A stretch of 33,472 bases of DNA from Deltaproteobacteria bacterium (GTDB taxonomy: Bacteria > Desulfobacterota > JAENJC01): the NCBI GenBank assembly GCA_016844545.1, contig JAENJC010000001.1:1-33472 (forward strand), read 5' to 3'. The translations under genes and the position numbers were made by a program. Within the stretch, counting starts at the first letter, position 1, and each line of letters begins with the position of its first letter. Under the pieces are notes generated by a model. That model was not told the DNA's origin, searched no databases, and saw only the letters and a program-made list of their open reading frames with translations. Positions 14,529-26,756 of the stretch are shown here, in pieces.

Positions 14529-15791
14529 ATGAGGGTCCCGGCTAAATCCCTTTTATCTTTCCTGATAATTACATTTATGCTGAGCACCTTTTCTGAGGCG
14601 TATCTACCTGAAAGAAGGAGAGATCAGTTCAAGGGGACTCCAGGGTACTATATAGCCCCGATCCCTTACCGCCTCACAGGTATAGGAGAGGGGCTCATCC
14701 TTCTTGGCGCTGCCCTGAATATAATGGACACCAATACCGATGCCTACGGATTTGCTTTTACAGGAGACCTTGAAGGCTTCGGCGGCGGAGTGCTGGATAT
14801 CCACCTGATCCCTGAGACGCTGATCCTTGATGCAACTACAGAACGGATAAACAGGGCAACCCTGACAAGCTATACAAAACGCGGGATGGACACGGACAAG
14901 AACGATTACACCCTCCTGGAACTGGGAGAGATCGAGTTTAACTTAGCCAGGCTGACAGCCTCATTCTTTGACCGCAGGTTTGAGATCTACGGGATGGGGT
15001 ACGAAGTCTCGTCAGCGCTTAAGAATATCCGTGAGCCGGACGGCGCGATCATCGTAGATGTCCAAGACCCCAAAAGAGAAACAGGGCAAAACACCTCAAT
15101 AGGGACCCGTCTTGACCTGACAGACGATTATCAGGACCCGCGAAAAGGGGTCCGTCTGGACATTAGTAGTGCGTGGTCTCCCCCCAAAAGCTCAAGCTCC
15201 CCCGATTATTACATCATGGATTATAACGCCACTGCCTTTATCCCGATGGGGAAGAGAAGCACGTGGGCCTTCAACTACTTCCGCTCCGATGCCTATGTGA
15301 TGAGAACCGGAGAGACAGACAGGGCAAAGATTGACGAGGAACTGGGCTTGGATTGCGGGACTATTGTCGATCCGGTTGAGCAGAAAAAGTGCAATCAGTT
15401 TATTGATAATACGATTGCAGCAAACACCTACGGGACTGTCGGCTCTTTAGGCGGGACAAGCCGCCTCAGGTCTTATTCCCACGACAGGTACAGCGGGTCA
15501 CACTCCCTTTTTTACGGAACGGAGTTCAGATGGAATATAACCGAGGAGAGTAAGCCGTTTAACATCGTCATAATGAAAGACGTTCGCACAGCACTTCAAC
15601 TGGCCTGTTTCTATGAAACGGGAAGCATAGTTGACAAACTCGAGGAACTTGGCAGCATCATGCGATCATCGTATGGCACAGGTTTCAGAATAGTTACGGC
15701 ATCAGGGCTTGTATTCAGGGCCGATATAGCGAACGGAAGCGAGGGCGTTGAAACAACGATGATAATAGGTTATCCGTGGGAGATATTTTAG
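14529..15791 (+). CDS. Omp85/BamA-superfamily outer-membrane beta-barrel without recognisable POTRA domains
   Basis: Signal peptide and alternating beta-strand-like pattern. The C-terminal GTGFRIV..GLVFRADIA..IIGYPWEIF ends in an aromatic residue. TGAATG junction with the stomatin gene. Confidence 0.6.
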   Translation: MRVPAKSLLSFLIITFMLSTFSEAYLPERRRDQFKGTPGYYIAPIPYRLTGIGEGLILLGAALNIMDTNTDAYGFAFTGDLEGFGGGVLDIHLIPETLILDATTERINRATLTSYTKRGMDTDKNDYTLLELGEIEFNLARLTASFFDRRFEIYGMGYEVSSALKNIREPDGAIIVDVQDPKRETGQNTSIGTRLDLTDDYQDPRKGVRLDISSAWSPPKSSSSPDYYIMDYNATAFIPMGKRSTWAFNYFRSDAYVMRTGETDRAKIDEELGLDCGTIVDPVEQKKCNQFIDNTIAANTYGTVGSLGGTSRLRSYSHDRYSGSHSLFYGTEFRWNITEESKPFNIVIMKDVRTALQLACFYETGSIVDKLEELGSIMRSSYGTGFRIVTASGLVFRADIANGSEGVETTMIIGYPWEIF

Positions 15792-15841
15792 GGGCCGTTA
15801 AGGAATAACCTGTGTGTTTCTGGTTAAGCCTTTACGGCCCC
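15791..15841 (+). terminator. Long stem-loop after the barrel gene: GGGGCCGTTAAGG..CCTTTACGGCCCC, with inner AACC/GGTT
   Basis: 12 of 13 complementary outer stem positions, read directly. No U-tract follows, so it is not a canonical intrinsic terminator. Confidence 0.35.
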
Positions 15842-15968
15842 TTATGCCGGTCCCGCCATTCTCATGACCAGGTTAATTTTCAACGACGGCTTAGTTGTGC
15901 CGGCATTCCCTCCTGAACTCAATTACCTTCTGGACTTGTTTCTGATTTTCGTGTAATTTATCCAACTA

Positions 15969-16862
15969 ATGATAGACCTCCATATCCATACCAGCGCCAG
16001 CTCTGACGGTCAGCACACGCCGAGAGAGATATTCGAAATGGCAAAAAAGATCGGCCTTGAGGCCATAGCTTTTGCAGACCACAACACCGTGGCTGCCCTG
16101 GATGAGGGTTTTGAGCTGTCTAAGGAGTTTGGGATAGAGTTCATCCCAGCCATAGAAATAAATACGATATATAATGAACTGGACCTGCACCTCCTGGCCT
16201 ATTACATTGACTACAGGGAACCTGAATTCAGGACATGGCTTGATGAGATAAACCAGGAGAAGATTGAACAGGGGTTTAAGCGGTTTGAAAAGCTCAAAGA
16301 ACTAGGTTTTGTATTAGATATTGAAGATGTCGAAAAGATCTCAAAGGGGATGATACCTAGCGGAGCTACATTCCTGAAAGCCATCCTGAGCAGGAAAGAG
16401 AATAGCAACAATCCAAGGCTTAAACCTTATGTAGACGGGGACAGGTCTGATTCCCCCTCTTTGAACTTCTACCTCGACTACCTCAGGGGCGGGAAACCTG
16501 CATATATCCCCCTGGCAGTATGTGACACGGTTACCAGCATAAAAAAGGTGAAGAGCTTCGGCGGAGTGCCTGTTCTGGCCCACCCATCCGATACGCCCCC
16601 TGGTGTGATAGAACTATTGATAAAGGAAGGGCTTGCAGGGCTTGAGGTATACTCCAGCCGCCATACAGATGCGGAGATATGGTACTACCTGGAGGTGGTC
16701 AAAAGGCATCAAATATTATACACTGCCGGATCTGACTTCCACGGGAAACAGATAAAGCCAAATGTGGAACTGGCATGCATCAAAGGCAACGGGTATGAGG
16801 TACTTCAAAGACTGAAATTTTATATACAAAATTTATCGCATAGACGCAGAGACGTAGAGTAA
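15969..16862 (+). CDS. PHP-domain metal-dependent phosphoesterase (TrpH/YciV-like)
   Basis: Opens with MIDLHIHTSASSDG; also has AFADHNT and AHP motifs. The C-terminal tail (SHRRRDVE) looks derived from a CGCAGAGACG-type repeat. Confidence 0.85.
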   Translation: MIDLHIHTSASSDGQHTPREIFEMAKKIGLEAIAFADHNTVAALDEGFELSKEFGIEFIPAIEINTIYNELDLHLLAYYIDYREPEFRTWLDEINQEKIEQGFKRFEKLKELGFVLDIEDVEKISKGMIPSGATFLKAILSRKENSNNPRLKPYVDGDRSDSPSLNFYLDYLRGGKPAYIPLAVCDTVTSIKKVKSFGGVPVLAHPSDTPPGVIELLIKEGLAGLEVYSSRHTDAEIWYYLEVVKRHQILYTAGSDFHGKQIKPNVELACIKGNGYEVLQRLKFYIQNLSHRRRDVE

Positions 16863-16894
16863 CCCATTCTTTTCCCCTAAGCAGTGAAAAACAG

Positions 16895-16923
16895 TTTACA
16901 ACCCATATATTTTTAAGTATACT
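16895..16923 (+). promoter_or_regulatory. Sigma70-like promoter TTTACA-17-TATACT upstream of folD
   Basis: Hexamers and spacing read directly, about 33 nt upstream of the folD start. Confidence 0.5.
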
Positions 16924-16955
16924 TTGCCCTCAAAATGAAAATGCAGGAGGTCTTG

Positions 16956-17801
16956 ATGGCTACTATTATTGATGGAAAGGCTATTTCTCAAAAGATAAGG
17001 TCAGAGGTAAAGTCAGCAACTGAAAAACTTATAAGGGAAAAGGGCGTAACCCCAGGCCTGGCTGTTGTGCTTGTGGGCGATAACCCTGCATCAAAGGTAT
17101 ATGTCGGAAGCAAGGAGAAGGCCTGTGTAGAAATGGGGTTCTACTCTGAGAAACACGTCCTTCCTGTTACTGCAAGTCAGGATGAGCTTCTTAAACTTAT
17201 TGACAAACTTAACAAGGACAAAAATATCCACGGGATCCTCGTGCAACTCCCTCTACCTAAGCAGATAAACGAGGATTTAGTCCTTGAGGCCATATCCCCG
17301 GAAAAGGACGTGGACGGGTTTCACCCGTACAATGTAGGAAGGCTTGCAGTTGGAAAGCCCCTCTTCCAGCCCTGCACACCCTATGGCATGATGAAGATGC
17401 TTGAATATTCCAATATCAGCGTTGAAGGTAAGCATGCAGTGATAATCGGACGCAGCAACATTGTCGGCAAGCCTATTGCCCTTATGCTTTTACATAAAAG
17501 CGCCACAGTAACAATATGCCATTCAAAGACAAAAGACCTGAAAGCGGAAGTGAAGAGGGCGGACATCGTTGTAGCAGCCATTGGTAAACCTGAATTTGTA
17601 ACAGGGGATATGCTGAAAGAAGGCGCTGTAGTCCTTGATGTTGGAATCAACAGGCTTGAAAGCGGAAAGCTTGTAGGTGACGTGGATTTTGCATCCGCCG
17701 AGAAAGTTGCCTCAGCCATCACCCCTGTTCCAGGCGGCGTAGGCCCAATGACCATAGCCATGCTGATGTACAACACCCTGGAGTCTGCAAAGAGGGTTTA
17801 G
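16956..17801 (+). CDS. folD: Bifunctional methylenetetrahydrofolate dehydrogenase/cyclohydrolase
   Basis: [11 protein letters not shown].., [31 protein letters not shown] and PGGVGPMT motifs. AGGAGG precedes the ATG at 16956. The ORF track starts at 16935. Confidence 0.93.
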   Translation: MATIIDGKAISQKIRSEVKSATEKLIREKGVTPGLAVVLVGDNPASKVYVGSKEKACVEMGFYSEKHVLPVTASQDELLKLIDKLNKDKNIHGILVQLPLPKQINEDLVLEAISPEKDVDGFHPYNVGRLAVGKPLFQPCTPYGMMKMLEYSNISVEGKHAVIIGRSNIVGKPIALMLLHKSATVTICHSKTKDLKAEVKRADIVVAAIGKPEFVTGDMLKEGAVVLDVGINRLESGKLVGDVDFASAEKVASAITPVPGGVGPMTIAMLMYNTLESAKRV

Positions 17802-18436
17802 ACGACCCCGTTTCCCTTGTTGTTCACGGCCCAGACGACCTTCCAGAGGTCTATCTTATTCAATTTATACTGCTCCCTGACATCCAGGTCGGTTTCTCGT
17901 ATCAGTCTCTCGAGGGAGAGGTCTGTTCTCCAACCTACCTTCTTTGTCATTGGAGAGATCAGTTCGTCAAATTTGGCTATATACTTGTTTGAGCTCTGGA
18001 AGTGGTTTACTAGAACGATCTTCCCTTTCTTCTTACAGACCCTCTTCATCTCTGCTATGACCTTTACGGGATCTGGTACCACACTGATCACGTGGGTGGA
18101 AATGACATGATCAAAGGAGTCATCCCCGAAGGCCAGGTTTGAGGCGTCCATCTCTATGAGGGTCACATTCTTGATGCCGTGCTTGTCAAGCTTCTTTCTT
18201 GCCTCCTTCAGCATAGCGGCAGAAAGGTCTATACCTGTAACATCACAATAATCAGGAAAAAGGGTTAAAGAGAGACCGGTTCCTACGCCTACATCCAGTA
18301 TCCTATCTCCTGGCTTTATATGCATCGTCTCAATTGCGTGCTTTATCCTCGGATAGAAAAAGCCCTTGAATATAAAGTCATAGGCCCCTGAGTACCCGCC
18401 GTATATCTTCTTAATCTCTTCAGCCTTCAATGACAT
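17798..18436 (-). CDS. Class I SAM-dependent methyltransferase
   Basis: The ILDVGVGTG motif I, and a layout resembling UbiE or phospholipid N-methyltransferase. Its 3' end overlaps the folD stop by 4 nt. Confidence 0.8.
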   Translation of the reverse strand: MSLKAEEIKKIYGGYSGAYDFIFKGFFYPRIKHAIETMHIKPGDRILDVGVGTGLSLTLFPDYCDVTGIDLSAAMLKEARKKLDKHGIKNVTLIEMDASNLAFGDDSFDHVISTHVISVVPDPVKVIAEMKRVCKKKGKIVLVNHFQSSNKYIAKFDELISPMTKKVGWRTDLSLERLIRETDLDVREQYKLNKIDLWKVVWAVNNKGNGVV

Positions 18437-18466
18437 CCAAATTCTCCTTACATTATAAAAAGAAGA

Positions 18467-18495
18467 ATTCTAATATATTTTGTCTCTCTATGCAA
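18467..18495 (-). promoter_or_regulatory. Sigma70-like promoter TTGCAT-17-TAGAAT for the methyltransferase gene
   Basis: Read on the minus strand just after the recJ stop. AAGGAG lies upstream of the ATG at 18436. Confidence 0.5.
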
Positions 18496-18500
18496 GTAGT

Positions 18501-20234
18501 TTATTCCCAAATCCTTACATCCTTAAGCTTTAACTGAATGCTCTTCCCACCATTCCAGATATTAATCTGAGGGATAAATGCAGTATCGAGATTTATACCC
18601 GGAGATAGATTGAGATTCCCCATTCCAAATCCAATCGCATCCCTGACTGTACCGCCCTGCTTAACTTTCATCTTCAGATGATTGTTTCCTACAACCCTGC
18701 AATCTGCTATCCCCAGACCGGTAGAACAAAGCAGGGGCTCCGGGTTGGCCTCGCCAAAGGGGGCCAGGTTATCAAGCTCTTTTACGAGATCTTCAGTGAC
18801 GTCATTTAGATCCATGGTCGCATCTATATCCATTTCAGGTACCATATCCTCGTCAGACAGTTTATTTGATGCTACTCTTTCGAACGCATCCCTGAACTTC
18901 TCAATATTTTCTTCATTTATCGAAAGGCCGGCCGCATAATCATGCCCGCCAAACTCATTAAGGAGATGAGAGCACTCCTTTAATCCTTCATACAGCATAA
19001 AGGAGTGTATGCTCCTTGCCGAACCCTTCCCTATCCAGTTCTTAAGGGCAATCATAACGGTAGGACGGTAGTACTTCTCGGCTATCCTCGATGCCACTAT
19101 CCCAATCACTCCGGGATGCCAGTTCTCGGAGGCAAGGACAATCGATTTCCTGTCTTCAATGCGGCCAGACTCTACCATCTCTGTGGCCTCTCTCAAGATC
19201 ACCTCTTCCAGACCCTGCCTCTCTTTATTACCATCGTCAAGGAGCTTTGCAATCGAAGCCGCCTCATCGTAACTTTCAGACGTCAGAAGCCTTACCCCGT
19301 CCACACCCTTCCCAACTCTACCGGCAGCATTGATCCTCGGGGCAAGCCTGTACCCGACCATTCCTGCATTTATCGGAACATCATTAAGCCCGCTGATCTC
19401 CTTAAGGGCTATTATTCCTGGTTTTATTGAAGCTGTCAGCTCCATCAGGCCATATTTTACGAATATCCTGTTTTCATCCACCAGCGGAACCACGTCAGCT
19501 ACGGTTCCCAGGGCAACCAGGTCTAAGTACTCCTTGAGATTTGGGACCTCTTTTTCTTTCCAGAAACCCTCATCCCGTAGGGTAGCCCTTAATGCTATTA
19601 TAAAGTTAAAGGCAACACCGACACCGGCAAGGTTTTTAAAGGGGAATGGGCAGCCTGATTGTTTGGGATTGATAATGGCATAAGCAGGAGGGAGGTCGTC
19701 AGGAACCTCGTGATGGTCTGTGACAATCACATCCATTCCCAACTCCTTAGCCAGTTTCACCTCGGGGTGATCTGATATACCGCAGTCAACGGTAATAAGG
19801 AGCGTAACCCCTCTTTCGGCGAGCCCGCTTATTGCATCAGCATTGAGCCCATACCCTTCGGCAATCCTTTCAGGGATGTAATATGAGACATCGGCGCCTG
19901 CCGACTTCAAGAACATTAACAGTATCGAGGTGGAGGTTATCCCGTCCACATCGTAATCGCCATATATAGCTATCTTTTCCTTATTATGGAGAGCTTTCAG
20001 AACCCTTTCTACGCCTTCTTTCATACCTTTCATCACAAGAGGTGAGCGGATATCTGAAAGGGTTGATGAAAGAAACCTCTCAGCCTGTTGAATGTCTGAG
20101 ATTCCCCGATTAATAAGGAGTTGACTGGTAATAGTAGATATATTAAGGGATGCGGCAAGGGTCTTTTGGAGCACAAGCTCTGGCTCCCTGACCCTCCACC
20201 GTTTTTTGCTCTGATAGCGAAGAGAAGAAGTCAT
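18501..20234 (-). CDS. recJ: Single-stranded-DNA-specific exonuclease RecJ
   Basis: 577 aa. DHH motifs (IYGDYDVDGITS, TVDCGI, VTDHH) and a DHHA1 GGH motif. The start overlaps the secF stop (TAATG). Confidence 0.93.
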   Translation of the reverse strand: MTSSLRYQSKKRWRVREPELVLQKTLAASLNISTITSQLLINRGISDIQQAERFLSSTLSDIRSPLVMKGMKEGVERVLKALHNKEKIAIYGDYDVDGITSTSILLMFLKSAGADVSYYIPERIAEGYGLNADAISGLAERGVTLLITVDCGISDHPEVKLAKELGMDVIVTDHHEVPDDLPPAYAIINPKQSGCPFPFKNLAGVGVAFNFIIALRATLRDEGFWKEKEVPNLKEYLDLVALGTVADVVPLVDENRIFVKYGLMELTASIKPGIIALKEISGLNDVPINAGMVGYRLAPRINAAGRVGKGVDGVRLLTSESYDEAASIAKLLDDGNKERQGLEEVILREATEMVESGRIEDRKSIVLASENWHPGVIGIVASRIAEKYYRPTVMIALKNWIGKGSARSIHSFMLYEGLKECSHLLNEFGGHDYAAGLSINEENIEKFRDAFERVASNKLSDEDMVPEMDIDATMDLNDVTEDLVKELDNLAPFGEANPEPLLCSTGLGIADCRVVGNNHLKMKVKQGGTVRDAIGFGMGNLNLSPGINLDTAFIPQINIWNGGKSIQLKLKDVRIWE

Positions 20235-21139
20235 TATTTAATCAACTTTCCACCTTTAGTCTTCCATACAATAAGGATAGGGCTTGCAACGTAGATAGAT
20301 GAGTATGAGCCTACAATCAGGCCGATAAGGAGGGCAAGGGAAAAGTCATGGAGCACCTCCCCGCCAAAGAAGAATATCGAAGCAGATGCTATGAACATGG
20401 TCAGGACAGTTATTATGCTCCTTGACAGCACCTCGTTTACACTCCTGTTTATTATAGCTTCCAGTGCTCCCTTTGACTTAGACCTCAGATTCTCCCTTAT
20501 CCTGTCAAAGATAACCACCGTATCTGTGAGGGAATACCCTGCAATGGTAAGGAGCGCCGTAATAATAAGGAGGGTTATCTCCGTGTTAAGGATAAAAAGC
20601 ACACCAAGGACAGCCAGTACGTCATGGAATGTAGCAATAGTGGCAGCGACGCCGAACTTGAACTCAAACCTCCAGGCAATATATATGACTATTGCCAGCA
20701 TGGATATGATTACTGCAACGAGGGCGTCCTTTTGCAGGGACTGACCAACTGTAGGCCCTATCTCTGTGCTGCTTTCAACGACAAACTTGTTAGCTGAAAA
20801 CTCCTTTGTGAAGACTTCCACTACCCTGTCAGCTACCTTCCCCAAGGGAATATCAGATTTCTTGACCCTTATGAGGAGCTTGTTCCCCTCAGCAAACTGC
20901 TGGAGATCAGCCTGAAGCCCATTGATTTCAAGGGTCTTTCTCGCCTGATCTATCACCACAGGCCCCTCAAACTTGAGCTGAACCGACGTCCCGCCTGCGA
21001 AGTCCACACCCATATTGGCCTTTCCTAGGCCTATCATGACTATGGCCACAACCCCTAAAAGACATAACACCCCAGAGAATGCAAAGGCATAATTCCTCTT
21101 CCCTGTAAAATCTATATCCGTCTTTCCAATTAATTCCAT
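20234..21139 (-). CDS. secF: Protein translocase subunit SecF
   Basis: 301 aa. FTGKR.. N-terminus, GVDFAGGT, and a six-TM layout typical of SecF. Confidence 0.93.
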   Translation of the reverse strand: MELIGKTDIDFTGKRNYAFAFSGVLCLLGVVAIVMIGLGKANMGVDFAGGTSVQLKFEGPVVIDQARKTLEINGLQADLQQFAEGNKLLIRVKKSDIPLGKVADRVVEVFTKEFSANKFVVESSTEIGPTVGQSLQKDALVAVIISMLAIVIYIAWRFEFKFGVAATIATFHDVLAVLGVLFILNTEITLLIITALLTIAGYSLTDTVVIFDRIRENLRSKSKGALEAIINRSVNEVLSRSIITVLTMFIASASIFFFGGEVLHDFSLALLIGLIVGSYSSIYVASPILIVWKTKGGKLIK

Positions 21140-21159
21140 CTGTAACCTCCATAAATTCG

Positions 21160-21219
21160 GTAGGGGCGGACCCTATGTGGTTGCCCAACATCGGGGCAGG
21201 CACGCAGGCCTGCCCCTAC
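21160..21219. repeat. GTAGGGGC...GCCCCTAC element with inner 9-bp GC hairpin (GGGGCAGGC-ACGCAG-GCCTGCCCC), between secD and secF
   Basis: Read directly. Shares its termini with the elements at 2510, 22848 and 24474. Confidence 0.8.
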
Positions 21220-21221
21220 AA

Positions 21222-22823
21222 TTACAATTTCAATGTCTTCAGCATCCCCTTCTTGATCATATAATCATAAACAACCTTTGTCCCTATGATGGCAGTAAAC
21301 AGGTTTATTATCACTCCAAGGCTCAAGGAAACAGCAAAACCTTTTATCGGGCCTGTCCCGAACTGGAAGAGGACTACGGCCGTGATAAGGGTTGTTATGT
21401 GAGAATCCATAACTGTAGAGAAGGCCTTGTCGTAGCCGGCATCTATTGCCGACCTGACAGTCTTCCCGAGCTTCAACTCCTCCCTGATCCTTTCGAGGAT
21501 AAGGACGTTGGAATCAACCGACATACCAATGGTAAGTATTATACCTGCTATACCCGGCAGGGTCAGCGTAGCCCCAAGTACCGCCAGCGCCCCCATAAGG
21601 AAGAGGACGTTGAGAATAAGGGCGAAATCCGCAATAGCGCCTGAGAACCTGTAGTACACTAACATGAAGATAACCACCAAGATTGCACCCAGAAGCGCAG
21701 CCCTTATACCCTTCTCAATAGAATCCTGCCCCAGTGTCGGCCCAACAGTGAGGTTTTGAAGTATCTTTACCGGAGCCGGAAGCGCACCGGCACGAAGCGC
21801 AATAGCCAGGTCGGTTGCCTCTTCCAGCGTATATGTGCCGGATATCTGTGCCCTGCCGCCGCTTATCCGCTCCTGGATCACCGGCGCCGAATAGACTGTG
21901 CCATCCAGAACTATCGCCATCCTCTTTTTCACGTTCTCGGCGGTAATCTGGTCAAACATCCTCGAACCCCTTGAATCAAATGTAATGGAGACGTACGGCT
22001 TGTTGTACTGGCTGTCTATTGCAACCCTTGCATCGGAGATGACGTCCCCGGACAATACAGTCTTCTTCTTCAGGACAATGGGAGTTGTAGTCACCCTCCC
22101 TGTCGCGTTGTCTATATTCTTTTCGTACAATATTTCGGAGCCTTCGGGTATATTCCCCTTGAGTGCCTCATCCACAGAGGCTTTTTCGTCAACAAGTTTG
22201 AACTCAAGAAGGGCCGTCTTACCAATAAGCTCAAGCGCTCTCTTTGGGTCCTTGACACCGGGGAGCTGCACGATTATCTCATACCTCCCCTGTCTCAGAA
22301 TAACCGGCTCCGAAACACCGAACTGGTCTATCCTGTTCCTTAATGTCTCGACACCCTGCCTGACCGCAAAGTCCTCAATGGCACCCACCTCTTTTTTGGT
22401 AATGCCCGCGGTTATTTCTATGTTCCCCTCCGAACCTATCGGGGATGAAGCATCGAGATACGGGAAGTCGTCTTTGAGGAGCTTTAAGACCGAATCCGCG
22501 CTCTGGGAAGTCGGAACCTTGACCGATACCCCTCTGCTTCCGCTTCTCTCAACTGTAATAAAGGGCATATCCTTTTTCTTGAGCGCATCCTTAATGTCGC
22601 CTGCGTATCTGTCGAGGGTATTCTCAACAGCCTTTTCCGTCTCCACGGCTAGAACAAGGTGCATACCCCCCTGCAGGTCCAGACCAAGTCGTAGTTTTTC
22701 CTGCGGCAGTACACCCTTCCACCATCCAGGGAGCGTCCCAACCAGAGTCGGGGTCAGAAAGACTATTGACAGGAGGGTAAATAAGATTATCAGTGTAACC
22801 CTCCATTTTATACTATTGCCCAT
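21222..22823 (-). CDS. secD: Protein translocase subunit SecD
   Basis: 533 aa. LGLDLQGG motif, a periplasmic domain and a C-terminal six-TM domain. Confidence 0.93.
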   Translation of the reverse strand: MGNSIKWRVTLIILFTLLSIVFLTPTLVGTLPGWWKGVLPQEKLRLGLDLQGGMHLVLAVETEKAVENTLDRYAGDIKDALKKKDMPFITVERSGSRGVSVKVPTSQSADSVLKLLKDDFPYLDASSPIGSEGNIEITAGITKKEVGAIEDFAVRQGVETLRNRIDQFGVSEPVILRQGRYEIIVQLPGVKDPKRALELIGKTALLEFKLVDEKASVDEALKGNIPEGSEILYEKNIDNATGRVTTTPIVLKKKTVLSGDVISDARVAIDSQYNKPYVSITFDSRGSRMFDQITAENVKKRMAIVLDGTVYSAPVIQERISGGRAQISGTYTLEEATDLAIALRAGALPAPVKILQNLTVGPTLGQDSIEKGIRAALLGAILVVIFMLVYYRFSGAIADFALILNVLFLMGALAVLGATLTLPGIAGIILTIGMSVDSNVLILERIREELKLGKTVRSAIDAGYDKAFSTVMDSHITTLITAVVLFQFGTGPIKGFAVSLSLGVIINLFTAIIGTKVVYDYMIKKGMLKTLKL

Positions 22824-22847
22824 TAAAATCTCCTTTATTAATTTATT

Positions 22848-22878
22848 GTAGGGGGTAGGTCACCGACCTGCCCCCTAC
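22848..22878. repeat. GTAGGGGG-T-AGGTC-ACC-GACCT-G-CCCCCTAC hairpin between yajC and secD
   Basis: Read directly. 8+5 bp stem. Confidence 0.8.
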
Positions 22879-22882
22879 ATTT

Positions 22883-23197
22883 TTAATCTTTTCTTACAGC
22901 AGATATGCTGCTCTTCTCAACCTTGATCTTAACATCCTTTGCAATCTCCAGGGTCAGAATCGTCTCAGTCAGCCCCACTATCTTGCCGTGAAGACCTCCG
23001 GATGTCACAACATTGTCACCCACTTTCAGAGAGTCCAACATCCCTCTCTGGGCCTTAAGCTGCTTCTGCTGCGGCCTTATAAGCAGAAAATAAAAGATGG
23101 CAAATATGACTATAAGTGGTATGAAACCGGCGAATGCCCCCATCCCCCCTCCTTGTGGCGCTCCACCCATACCCATCGCATTAGCTATTCCTTCCAA
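22883..23197 (-). CDS. yajC: Preprotein translocase subunit YajC
   Basis: 104 aa. FIPLIVIFAIFYFLLIRPQQK followed by GDNVVTSGGLHGKI. TTG start 5 nt after GAGGAGG. Confidence 0.88.
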   Translation of the reverse strand: MEGIANAMGMGGAPQGGGMGAFAGFIPLIVIFAIFYFLLIRPQQKQLKAQRGMLDSLKVGDNVVTSGGLHGKIVGLTETILTLEIAKDVKIKVEKSSISAVRKD

Positions 23198-23283
23198 GAC
23201 TGCCTCCTCAAAAAGTTAATAAAATATTTAATAGAGTAACTTAATCGGTTTTTGTCCAAATTTCAAGATAAAAATAGGGTGGC

Positions 23284-23312
23284 ATTATATAATTGAGATT
23301 ACTGTTTGTCCA
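23284..23312 (-). promoter_or_regulatory. Sigma70-like promoter TGGACA-17-TATAAT upstream of yajC-secDF
   Basis: Read on the minus strand between the tgt stop and the yajC start. Confidence 0.5.
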
Positions 23313-23318
23313 GGGGAA

Positions 23319-25566
<2,248 letters not shown>

Positions 25567-26751
25567 TTATGAGCCATTCATCCTCTTGATTGTGACACCG
25601 GGGTAATACCACTTAAGGATATCTTTGTAGCTCTTGCCTTCCTCTGCCATCCCCTTAGCCCCCCACTGGCACATCCCAACCCCGTGCCCGCCTCCGCTTC
25701 CGGCAAAATATACAGAATCCCCCTTAATCTTCAAAGTAAAATCAGTGCTCCTTATGTTTTCAAATCCTAAGGCCTCCCTGAAATCCTTGCCCGGTAGTTC
25801 AAAAGACCCGTTGCTGTGCCTGACTGATATGCTGGTAACCCTTCCTGTACGAGATCTCTTAAGAATTGAAACCGAGTTTATCTCTCCTATCCCACCATTA
25901 AACCTCATAAGCCTGTTTCTCAACCCGTTCATATCTATATTGTACTGCCAGAAGTAGTTGGGGGCCTCGGTACAGTGAGGGTCTTTTATACTCTTGAGAT
26001 AGGGTATCTCCTTTCCCCAGACCTCAAGAGCATCCTCCGTCTTTCCCCCACAGGAAGAATGATAAAGAGCCTGGATCATCTCGCCATTATAATAAGCTAC
26101 CTCTCCCTCAGTCTCTTTCACTGCCTGGCGTGCAAGTTCATCCTCGCTCTCAATTCCGCTGTAAACCTGACTTGCAACCGTTGACTCCAGATCGTACGTT
26201 GGATACTTCCTGTTATTTTTCTGATAAAGGGCGTAAGTCCTGGCAACCACGGCCTGGGCCTTTACTGCCTCCATGGGCCACTTTGATGATATCTCCTGGT
26301 TTATGAGGCCAACCAGATAGTCCTCCAGGTTAAGCTCATTTATCAGGATCAGACTTGAGTTGTCTTTTACTATCTCTATCTTCCCACGATAACGCTTCCC
26401 ATTTACCTTAATACCGGATTCTTTCGATTCTATCTCAAGGGATGAATACGATGTCCCGTTAACAACTATTCCATCTCTCCCGGCCTTTGTCTCAATGCCG
26501 TCACTGCTACGAATAGATACCTTATTGCTGCCGATCATTCCGGTTATTGCAATACCCTCTCCCCCAACGCTTACCGCAGTCCCTTTGAATATGGCGACCC
26601 TAACGGTCTCCTGAGATTCCCAGGCAAAGGAAGGAAAAGTGAACAACAGGCAATACAAGAAAGAGGTTGAGAAGATAAGAAGATGAGATGATGTGAAAAT
26701 GGGGAATCTTAACCTCTCAAAGTCACAACTTCTTAACTTCTTCTGATTCAT
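25567..26751 (-). CDS. SpoIID/LytB-domain protein
   Basis: EDYLVGL...E..S.WP.EA.KAQAVVARTYAL, YHSSCGG.TE and GHGVGM.QWGA motifs. N-terminal signal/TM. Confidence 0.8.
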   Translation of the reverse strand: MNQKKLRSCDFERLRFPIFTSSHLLIFSTSFLYCLLFTFPSFAWESQETVRVAIFKGTAVSVGGEGIAITGMIGSNKVSIRSSDGIETKAGRDGIVVNGTSYSSLEIESKESGIKVNGKRYRGKIEIVKDNSSLILINELNLEDYLVGLINQEISSKWPMEAVKAQAVVARTYALYQKNNRKYPTYDLESTVASQVYSGIESEDELARQAVKETEGEVAYYNGEMIQALYHSSCGGKTEDALEVWGKEIPYLKSIKDPHCTEAPNYFWQYNIDMNGLRNRLMRFNGGIGEINSVSILKRSRTGRVTSISVRHSNGSFELPGKDFREALGFENIRSTDFTLKIKGDSVYFAGSGGGHGVGMCQWGAKGMAEEGKSYKDILKWYYPGVTIKRMNGS

Positions 26752-26756
26752 TCCAC

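Noticed and set aside
16881-16893. 13-mer GCAGTGAAAAACA shared with 28230-28242
   Set aside because: A single 13-mer repeat is expected by chance several times in 33 kb. The surrounding CGCAGAGACG/CTCTGCGCCG motifs hint at a repeat family, but the evidence in this window is insufficient.
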